A stretch of 63,884 nt of DNA from a virus (taxonomy: Duplodnaviria; Caudoviricetes), in the IMG/VR virus record IMGVR_UViG_3300027734_000065, positions 1 to 63,884 of that record, one strand, 5' to 3'. Made by a program: the position numbers and the translations under genes. How positions within the stretch are numbered: position 1 is the first letter of the stretch; each line of letters starts with the position of its first letter. Below the pieces are notes generated by a model. That model had not been told where the DNA came from, searched no databases, and worked only from the letters and a program-made list of their open reading frames with translations. Positions 19,159-29,900 of this stretch are shown here, in pieces.

Positions 19159-20955
19159 ATGAATCTAATACAAGTACAAGACCGCCTGAAGGACATGCCT
19201 ACACAGGCAATCATGTCCTATGCCAATGGATCAAACCCGGACGTTCCTCCTTACCTTGCTCTAGGCGAATTAAACCGCAGAAAGCAGATGGAGCAGAAGC
19301 ACGCCGAGGCTCCGCAAGGCACGGTCAAGGATCAGATAGAGCAGTCCGTCAAGCTTGCCCAAGCCCAGAAGGCCGCACAGGCCCAAGGTCAGCAGAAGAT
19401 GACTGAGGCCATGGGGTCACAGCAAACTCCCGTACCCGGTGGCACACCTCAACCCCAGGAGCAGCCTGAGTCAGGCATTGCTCAACTGCCCACAGGCCCC
19501 ATGAATTTCCGTGACGGCGGGATTGTTTCGTTTGACGGGGAAAATGCAAGTCTTGTTGATCAAAACATGCCGTCAGACGAAGAGTCGCAGTTTATGAAAG
19601 ATCTGCGAAAAATGTTACCAGGGTTAAGCCCTCAGAATTTACGGCTGAGAGGGATGCAGGAAAGAGCAGTCCCAAGCCAAGACGCTTTAAAACGACAGGC
19701 CGCTGGCCCGGTAGGGTATTTTTCTAGTTCGGCAGATGAATTTGCACGGGCAAAAGCTGATGCATTGGCGGCTGAACGGAATCCACAGGGTTCTTCTGCA
19801 ACTGCCGCATCTGAATTGGCCGCTGCAAGTGCATTTGAAAATCAAGGCGCTCCCGCAAAAGCGTTGCCACCTACGACCCAAAGACCTCCAAGCGTTGGCG
19901 GTGGCAGAGTGCCCAGTGGCGCACCCCCATCTGGAGCACCACAGGCTGGCGCTCCTACGCCTGAAAACATGTACGACACGCTGATGAAGCGGTCTGAGTC
20001 TAGAACGGCAAGCCAGCCAGAGTTGCCTGAAGATTTGCGGAAGAAAATGGCTGAATATCTGCCATATTTAAACACTCAGCCCGGATCAAAGCTGGAAGAG
20101 CTTTACACCCAAATTGCAAAACGTGATGAAGAAGATCGTGCCCGCTTCCTTAAAAACGAGGAAGAACGCAAGCAAGGTCGTTTAAACAGAGGATTGATGG
20201 CTGGTGCAGAAGCAACCCGAGGCCGTGGTGGTATCGGTGCTTTAGGTTCATTCTTTATGGGCTACGGCAAAGCTGGCGAAGCAGAGGATGAGGCCGCAAG
20301 AACCCGTACAGATGCCCAGCGGAAGATAGAGCGTGAGCAGGAAGTTCTGCGTGCAACAGTGTTGGGCGGTATTGAGGACGCAAGGAGAGCAGGTCAAGAA
20401 GGTCGATTCAAAGATCAAAAAGAAGCATTGGCTAAAGTGGCAGACGCAAACAATAGGCTGGAAGAAAATAAACTTTCAACAGCAGTTGCAATTACCACCT
20501 CCAAAGAGGCTCAACGTCACAACATGACTGAGGAGCAATTTCGGCGTGAGCAGTTGCATTACACAAGAGTGGCCGCTGAAAAAGGGCCTCAGATTGAACA
20601 GAACTACAACTTCATCCGCAAGGCCAGACCTGATCTAACACCTGCCCAAGCCTATGACCAAGCAGTTCAATTAAGTCCTGGCGGCATTGCTGGCGATAGA
20701 TTGCAGTCAAAAGAGATGCATGAGGCTCAATCAGAATACAAAGCAGACCCATTGACGGCATCTTTGGTTATGGATGTGAAGTTGGCTGGTAGTGACCAAG
20801 CCAAACGGAAAAAAGCCATGGATGCATTGAATGAGCATGAGCGTTCTTTCTATGCAAAGAAAGGTTTGACCCTACCCGGAGGATCAAGCGGTGCTTCCGG
20901 TGTGCCGTCCAATACAATCAAAGTTGATGCAAACGGCAAGCCAATCAATCAGTGA
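19159..20955 (+). CDS. Putative internal virion/ejection protein
   Basis: Helical, charged; GIAQLP...FRDGGIVSF motif; position in the operon. Confidence 0.65.
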   Translation: MNLIQVQDRLKDMPTQAIMSYANGSNPDVPPYLALGELNRRKQMEQKHAEAPQGTVKDQIEQSVKLAQAQKAAQAQGQQKMTEAMGSQQTPVPGGTPQPQEQPESGIAQLPTGPMNFRDGGIVSFDGENASLVDQNMPSDEESQFMKDLRKMLPGLSPQNLRLRGMQERAVPSQDALKRQAAGPVGYFSSSADEFARAKADALAAERNPQGSSATAASELAAASAFENQGAPAKALPPTTQRPPSVGGGRVPSGAPPSGAPQAGAPTPENMYDTLMKRSESRTASQPELPEDLRKKMAEYLPYLNTQPGSKLEELYTQIAKRDEEDRARFLKNEEERKQGRLNRGLMAGAEATRGRGGIGALGSFFMGYGKAGEAEDEAARTRTDAQRKIEREQEVLRATVLGGIEDARRAGQEGRFKDQKEALAKVADANNRLEENKLSTAVAITTSKEAQRHNMTEEQFRREQLHYTRVAAEKGPQIEQNYNFIRKARPDLTPAQAYDQAVQLSPGGIAGDRLQSKEMHEAQSEYKADPLTASLVMDVKLAGSDQAKRKKAMDALNEHERSFYAKKGLTLPGGSSGASGVPSNTIKVDANGKPINQ

Positions 20956-20962
20956 GAAATAA

Positions 20963-23900
20963 ATGGCAGTTAACATCCAACTGGTTGATGGTCGTGTCAT
21001 TCAATTTCCTGATGGCACAGACCCAAAGGTAATTGAGGAAACTGCACGAAAAGCTACCCAAAACCCGTTGTTTGGGGTTTCAACCCAGGAACTCAAAGAA
21101 GCCCCAAGCGCCCCATCCAAACTCAAGGATGTGGGCATTGCCGCCCTGACGGGCTTGGCAGGTGGCGCACAGTCCCTGACTGACTTATTCGGCGCAGGGA
21201 ACATTGCATCCAGGGGCCTGTCCAGCGTTCAGCAATCAGCGCAGGAAGGTCTATCAGAGGCCCGTAAGGCAGAGATTGCCAGGGACGAAGAACTGAAGAA
21301 ACGTGCCGAAGGTAGCTTCCTGGACGAGGCTGGTGCTGGCTTTCGCTCCTTTGCCAACGCCCCATTGCAGGAGGGCATCCAAGCCCTCTTCTCCTCCGCT
21401 CCAATCATTGCCGCAGGCGCTTTGACAGGTGGTGCTGGCGCTGTCCCATTGACTGCGGCCCGTGCAGGTCTTGCCGCCCGTGCGGCACAGGCTGGACGAG
21501 TCGCTACAAGCGGCACAGGGGTTGGTGCGGCCATGGGCCTGGGTGGTCAGAAGGGTCAGGACTACGAGACGGTCAAACGGGAACTGATGAACCGTGGCAT
21601 GCCAGAACCCGAAGCAGAGGCCAAGGCCCAAGAGGCGGCGGCTTACAGTCTTCAGAACCTACCCCGTCAAGCTGTTGCCGCTGGTGCTGGTGCATTAGAA
21701 GGCCGCTACGGTGTTGAAGGTGCGCTGTCCAACTTTATGAAACAACGAGCAGCCACTGCTGCTGCCGGTAAAGCGTTTACACCAGAGCTACCCCCAGGCT
21801 ACGGCAAGGCCGCAGTCTCATCAATATTTGGCGAGGTAATCCCCGAAGGCATCCAGGCCGCTACAGGGCAAGTGGGCACTAACATCGCATTGACGCAAGC
21901 AGGCATACCAACTGATGCTCTTCAAGGTGTGACCAGTGCAGTGGCCCATGATGCCGCAGTTGCCGCTTTGCTTGGCACGGCAGTGACCCCGTTTCAGAAG
22001 GCCAACATGGTTCGGGAGTTCAACCAAACGATGGTCGAAAGACAGCAGAAAGCGTTTGAGGAAGAGGCCAAGAGGCGGGAAGAGTTTGAGCGCAAGAGGC
22101 AGGAAGAAATTGCCAAGACCCGCCAGGAGTTGGGCATACAAGAAAAGCCGCCATTGCTTCTGGAATCAGACCTGTATAAGGATGAAAAGACAGGGGAACT
22201 CAAGTCCAAAACCAAACTGGATGTTGCACCTCCCGTCACCGATCCATTGATTAACCCATTGGGTAACCTGACCAAGGATGAACTTGGTCAAGCTGTTGGT
22301 GTGTCTGATGTTTACAAGTTTGTAGACAATTACCGCCGAAAAAATAATTTACCCAAGCTTGAAACCTATTCCATTGAAGACCTGAAAGATGCCCAGCCAG
22401 GACTGGCAGAGGTTGGGGAGAAGGGTTCGCTTGAGTCAATCCTGACGTTTAAAACAGGGTACGAAGCCAACACACCAATAGCTGCCGAAAATGTTTTAAA
22501 CACGGCTTTGCAGAAGAATGTTGAAACGGGAACCAAAGGGTGGAATGACTTCTTGGCCCGGACAACAGGCAACAACTCCCTAGACACCATGTCTGGCCCT
22601 GAGTTGCTTGCAGTCTCACAGGCTTTAAACAGATTGCCAGACCCGAAGCCAGAATCTGCGCCCATTATTCTGCCCGAAGGCACTAACGCCAAGCTGTTTA
22701 AACAGAGCCAATACGACCAAGCAATCAGCGCAGTTGATACTGCCTTGTCCGGTCAGGGTCTGTCCTTGACCCCTGGGCCAATGACTGAACAGGCCACGCT
22801 GGACGTAATCAAGCAGGCAACTGGCCTGACCTTGGACAAGCATGCCAAAGCCATTCTGGACACCGCAGTCAAGCAAGGTGACTTTGATCTGGAGATGACC
22901 CCGAAGTACGAGGTCACTGACCCAGCCACTGGTGTCAGGGTTGGTGACTTGTACGAAACCCGCACGGAAGCGCAGGCCGCTGCCAAGCCCAAAGGTTTAA
23001 ACGTCAACGAGATAACGGAGAGCGCAGTCGTTGCGCCCAAGACCGCCACCACCCTGCCTGATGAGTTTGACATCCAAGAAGGCGAGTTCAAGGCTGGCGA
23101 AGCACCCGAAAGCTTTGACATCATGGCCGGGAATACGGTTCTTGCCAATACAGCGTCTTACGAAGATGCCGCAGGAAGAATTGAAGGCTTTACCAAAATA
23201 AGACAGCGGATGGCTGACCAAGCGTTAGCCAAGGTTACAAAACTGCAAGAAGAAATTGCCAACAGTCAGAGTGACCTTGAACAAATGGAAGCCAAGGGTC
23301 AGGCAAACACCCAAGAGTACATCAATGCCCGTGGCGCTCATGCAAAACTGCTTAAAGAGCAGGAAGTCAAAACAAACGAAGCATTTGACGAGGCAGATAA
23401 ATATAACCCGGAGACAAATCCGATCTCCATCAAGCCCCGCAAGTTAGCTCCTGTTCGCCGCAGGGGCCTAACGGTGCTTCAGAAGGGCATCCCTTCTGCT
23501 ACCTTCCCCACCCGGACAGCCGCAGAAGAGCACATCATCGCCAACATGTCTGATCAGCAACTCAAGAAGCTGACCAAGACTAAAGGCCGCAGAACATTGG
23601 CAAAACGGGCATTGGCCGAGTTGCAGGCCCGTGAGGACAAGAAGGCCGGGGTCACCAAAGGCTTTGCGGTCAAACGTTCTGAGATTGAAGCGGAGCCAGA
23701 GGTTTCCCAGGAGGTCAAAGACAAGATTGCCGAACTGGAGAAGTTTTTGCTCCCAGCCCTGCGTAAGCTGGGTTTAAACGATGTTGCCCTGAAGATTGAG
23801 CAATCCATCGCAGGCGGTAGGGCAGGAGGCTCCTACTACGAGAGCCTAATTAAGATTGCCATGGACGAGGAGAATCCTCTGTTGACCATGCGCCATGAGG

Positions 23901-26900
23901 CGTTGCATGCCCTGAAGGCTCTGGGATTCTTCACACCCCAGCAATGGGCCACCCTTGAGCGTAAGGCCCGGACAGAATGGGTGAACAAGTATCTGCGTCA
24001 GCGTAACGTGAATGGAGGGCCAATCCAGCCCAATGAGAATTCCCGCTACTATGCCTACGAGTTGATGAACATCATTGAGCCAACTGTGTTCAATGAGCAG
24101 AACCCTGACCAGCCCCAGAGAACGGTCATGTCCCAAGCGGACTTCATGGACTTGATCATTGAGGAAGCAATTGCTGATGCGTTTGCCGACTTCACTGTAA
24201 ACAAACCCCCACCTGGGATGATCGCTGCGCTGATGCAGCGTTTAAACAAGTTCTTTGAAGCTCTGCGTAATGCCATGGCTGGCGCTGGGTTCCAGACAGT
24301 GGATGACATCTTTGGCAAAGTTGAGGCCGGTGAGTTGAAGGCCCTGGGTCAAGGCCCCGCTGGAGCCAAAACAAAACTTTCGGTGACTGCCGAAAAGGTT
24401 GAAGAAGTTGACCCCAAAAATGTTGGCAATATTGTCACCAATAGCGCATACAAAGATGCCGGTATTAATGTACTAGGCTCCCAGATTGAAAAAACTTCAA
24501 AGCCACTGGAAGTTGATGATGTTGGCAAATTGTTTGACGATGCGTATATGGCAGAGTTTGGCAAAGCTGGCGATTGGCGCAACCCCGTTGATTTTAAACG
24601 TGCTGTAGTGCAGGCTGTAGATGAGCTTAAAGTCCAAATGCAGCAGGCAAAATCTGGTCTAGATTGGTATGACGAGGATGTTGCTGAAGCGTTTAAACTT
24701 ACCCAGCGTTACATACCAAGTTTAAAAAATCCTGAAAAGCGTGCTTTGTTTTCGGTTATTGCAGGGATCATGTCCCCCAGCACTAACGCAAGAGACAACT
24801 GGGTAATTGCCGCCCAAGCCTATCAGCACTATGAAAAAACAGGAACTTTGCCTGGAACCAATCCTGCAACAGGTGGGCTTTGGATGGGTGGCCTGGAATC
24901 GGCCAACAAGAAAAAACAATTGGACATGCTTAACGCAATGCTTCAACCAAAATCAAAGGGTGGCTTGGGTGAGAAGGGCGCTGTTGAATGGTTGCAGGGC
25001 GTGCATACAGTTGCAGAAATAACAAGTTTTCGCTCTAAATACGGCGGCATGGGCAAGTCTAGTACTGGTGGCAAAGCAACAGATATTCTGCCCGGCTTTA
25101 CAGCCTTTGGCCCAAAAGTTGGGCCATTCGTTATGAACATAAATGGTATACACGAAGTAACTGTTGATGTGTGGATGACACGCACCTTCAATAGATATTT
25201 TGGACAAATGATGGGGCCTGATGGTAAGATGGTTCGTGCCCCAACAGAACCACAACGTGTTGCAATTAAAAACCTCGCAGTTTTAGCAGCACAGCAACTT
25301 GGTATTAAGCCTTACCAAGTGCAGTCAATGCTTTGGTTCATGGAGCAGCAAATATTTAACAAGCTTGGAACAGGAGCGAAAAGCTATGGGTTCAGTGACG
25401 GGGCAACCAAGTTCAGCGAAACGCAGGGAGGAGTTGGAGTATCAAAAGTGCCTCCTGCAAACATCGGCGCTAATGCGACTGCGAACAAACCAACCAGAAA
25501 GCAAGCTGTCGGATCTGGCGTTCAAGCGGGTAAACTATCAGTTAGATCAACTGGACAAGAAGTAACAGATGAAAACATACGATCTGCAAAACCTGCCATT
25601 CGACCCGGCGATCAAGGCGGGAGAAGAGTCACGGAAGATCAATCAGGACGAGGAAACCGAGGAGGACGGGATTCGGGCCGAGGCACTACGCCGCTTGCAG
25701 GTGCGCCAACTGTCCAAGGGGCGACAGGGCCAGACCCAGAAATAGTTAGTGTTGCCGAAGCATATGCGGCAAAAAACAACATCCCATATTCACCGCAGGA
25801 ATCCTACGTTGAAGTAGATGAAGATCGTGCAAGGCGGCTGGCACAGGCATATGAAGACATGCCCCATGCGCCAAAAGATCCCGCTGTACAAGCGGCGTAT
25901 AAAGATTTGGCTGAACAAACCAGGGCGCAATATGATGCGCTTATAGATGCTGGATACAAGTTCACATTCTTTGATAGCGAAACAGACCCCTATGATGGCA
26001 ACCCATGGAACGCTATGCGTGATCTGCGTCAGAACAAGCAGATGGCCGTGTATGGAACCTATGACGGCTTTGGCACAGAAGGTCTTACAGACACCGCTGT
26101 TGAAGACAACCCCATGCTTGAAGACACCGGGTTGCGTTGGGAAGACCAAAACGGTGTTGATCAAATCGTTACCGCCAATGATCTTTTCCGGGCCGTGCAT
26201 GATGCATTTGGTCATGGCTTAGAGGGCGCTGGCTTCCGTGCCAGGGGCGAGGAGAACGCATGGCAAGCCCACGCCAGATTGTTTACTGGCCCAGCACTCG
26301 CCGCCATTACATCTGAAACCCGAGGCCAAAATAGCTGGTTGAACTACGGGCCGTATGCAGAGAAAAACCAGAACGCCAAAGTGCAAGACACGGTTTTTGC
26401 AGAACAAAAAACTGGCTTGATGCCCGATTGGACTTGGACAGAAGGGTTGCCCAAGTTGAGCGTAAGAGGTAAACAGGGGGTAGTCCTGGGCACTTTACAA
26501 CCTGGGGCGGCAAGCTTCAAAGGCGCTCACTACGGGAATGCCAAGGTAGACACCCTCAACGGGGACAAGTACGGCACAGGCATACGGGGCGCAGAACGCC
26601 GCCGTTTAGACGAAACCGGGGATGATCGCATTCGCCGCCGTGTGTATTTCTACGTTGCCAAGGAAGACGGAACAATGCCCACGCCAGAAGCTGGTCTGGG
26701 CCAATACGTTTACACGCAGCAGTTTGACAACATCCTGCCCCCAGGCGCAGAGATGAGTAAGCTGTACAGCCAAGCCAATGCAAACTCCAACCAGTTTGAA
26801 TCGGCAGTGGTTGATGCTGGCTACGATGGATATGCCATTCCAAACATGGGCATGATGGTTGTTCTGAACCACAACGCACCTGTCGAATACCGGGGAACCC

Positions 26901-29900
26901 GTGTTGAAATGGCAGAGCGGGGCGAGAAGTTAAGCATCCGTCCCCCGCCTTTGGTTGGTCGGATAGCCCCTAACACACCAGAATTTAAACGCTTCTTTGA
27001 TGGCAGCAAGGCCATCAACGATGACGGCTCACCAAGACTGATGTTTCACGGGACAGTGGAAACGCCGGGCGAAGAGGGTAATTTATTTAGCGCCTTCAAC
27101 CTGTCAGATGATGGAAAACTTGGCTCTGGCGTTTACACAACCTCTGTGCCGGTCTACGCAGAAACATTTGGGTTCTCACAGCCTGCGCTGATGCCCCTGT
27201 ATTTGTCGGCCAAGAACCCCTACTACATCGAACTGGGAGACTTCCCAACCCGGATGAAGGGGGATAACCTTGCCCTGACGGACGATGCCTTCAATGCCCT
27301 GGAAACGCAGATGAAAGAGGCCGCTACCAAGCTGTCAGGTAAACGCCTGATGGACTTGGAAGGCGGTCAAGTAAGGAAGATGTTTGAGAAGGCTGGCTAT
27401 GATTCCATCATTGCCAGGGACAGCTACGGCAACATCATCGAAGCCCTTGCGTTTAAACCTGAACAGGTTAAGTCAGCCACCGGCAATGTGGGAACCTACG
27501 ACCCCACCAACCCTGACATTCGTCTGAGCGTCCGCAACATCATCGGTGACCAGAAGGTCATTGATGCTTATCTGTCCAAGACTACGGCACGGGAAGAGAA
27601 GGGCCATGCGGCCCGTATGCTGGATGCCATCACCCCGCCCACATATACATCTCTGCGCCAGATGTTCCTGAATCAGTACGATTCACTGGCCCGGTTGGAT
27701 AACCGCTATGCCAAGGCCAAGGGCATCGTGCGTTTGATGGCCGACTCCAGTGCAGAGGCGGCGGCGTTGATGTCCGACATGGCCGCTGGTGTTGCCGCAC
27801 GGGTCATCGGAATGGGCGGTAGCCCAGGTGGTGCTCCCGTGTATCGCAACGGCGCTACCTACATCGACAACAAGAATGGCACGATCAAAGGCCCAGCAGA
27901 AATCTTTGCTCCCCTTGCAAAGCGTAACGACCCTGAGATCTACCAAGCCTACCAATACTGGGCCGGTGTTCAACGTGGGTCACGCTACATGCAGAACCCC
28001 AATGGAACCTACGAGGAAAAGCTATTCAACGACCCAAAAGACATTGCCTACGCAAACCACCTCCTGACAAAGTTTCCTGAGTTTAAACAGGTGCAGGCCG
28101 ATTGGAACCTCTACAACGATGGGCTTGTGGACTACATGGTCAGCACAGGTGTTATTTCCAAAGAGGGTGGCGAAAAGTTTAAAAAGTATGGGGACTACAT
28201 CCCCTTCTACCGCCAGCTTGAGGGCGAAGAAACCATTGGCCCGAAGGTGTTCCAGAACATCTCTGGGGTCAAGCCTCCCAAGAAGGCAAAGGGTAGCGAG
28301 GCTCCATTGGCTGACTTCCTGGAGACAGTTGTAAGGAACACGCAAGCCGCCATTCAGGCGGGGATGAAGAATGCCGCCGCTATCCGCACTATGGATATGT
28401 TGCTTGACCCACAGATTGATCAGGCCACAAAGATCAACAAGCCTCAAGGCATCAACACCGTCTCCCTTTTGCGGGGCGGCAAGATTGAGCATTACCATGT
28501 AAACGACCCGCTGCTGGTGGACAGCCTGAAGAGTTTAAACCTCGCCAAGCTCCCAGGTTTGGGATTCCTGTCAGGCCCCGCCAATCTTCTGCGTACTCTG
28601 GTAACCAAAGACCCAGGGTTCATGCTTGTCAACTTGATGCGTGACTCCATGTCTGCATGGGTGACCAGCGGTCAGGACTTCAAGCCCGGCATTGACACCA
28701 TTCGTTACTTTGGCAAAGCACTGGCCGGGAACTCACCAGAGGTTGAGGCCATCCTAAACTTTGGCATGGGTGGATATGATTTTTCCAAGAATGTGGAAAA
28801 GAGTGGCCGGGACTTGGCCGCAACCCTGAAGAAGAAAACCCAGGGCAAGCGCACGTTTGGTCAGAAAGTCCTCAATGTAGCCCCATCCTTGTGGGAAGCC
28901 TTGGAAAAAGGCACAACCGCATCGGACATGGCAACCAGAGCGGCCATCTACAAGAGCGTGATGAAGGAAACGGGCAACGAGACTGAGGCCCTGATGCGTG
29001 CCCTTGAGGTGATGAACTTCAACCGCAGAGGAAACTCAGTTGTGGTGCGTATAGCCACAGCCGCCATTCCCTTCTTCAACGCCCGTATGCAGGGCCTGGA
29101 TGTGCTGTACCGTGCAGGTATACGCCCGTACAAGAGACAGCTTGTAAACCTAGCCTCAGATGTTTTGAAACTGGGCTTGGAAAAGCAGGAAACTACAGAC
29201 TACGAGAAGCAGATTGCCAAGACATTTGCCATCCGTGGTCTAGCCATGATGGCCGTGTCATCTCTGTACTGGGCCATGACCCATGACGATGATGAGTACC
29301 TTACCCAGGAGCAAGAACTCAAGGACAACAACTTCCTGTTGCCCAGCCTTGGTTTAAGGCTCCCAATCCCGTTTGAGGTGGGTGTGATGTTTAAAGTCAT
29401 CCCAGAGCGGTTGTTGGAACTCAGCTTTGGCAAAGACACGGGCAAGGACTTCAGCGAGGCAATGGTTCGCAACATCAAGAGCAGTCTGTTCATGGACTTG
29501 ATGCCACAGACGATCAAGCCCATCTACGAGGTCACCACCAACTACAACTTCTACACCCGCCGTCCCATCGTGGGGCAGGGCGCAGAAGGCATGGCCGCTG
29601 AATATGAAGTGGGGCCGGGTACGTCCTCCTTTGCAGAGGGCCTTGGCAAGACGTTGGGGTATTCACCTCTCAAGCTTGACCACCTGATTAAAGCCTACAC
29701 CGGAACTATTGGCACATATGGGGTTTTTCTCATTGATAGCGTTATCGATGCAAACAGTAATGTGCCAAAAGCTTCACTGCGGTTTGAGCAATTGCCGTTC
29801 TTCAGGCGCTTTACCCTTGATAAGGATGCCCGTGGGAAACAGACGGCCTACTACGACCTGAAGAACTCAGTGGATGAGGTTGTCCGCACCGTCAATCACC

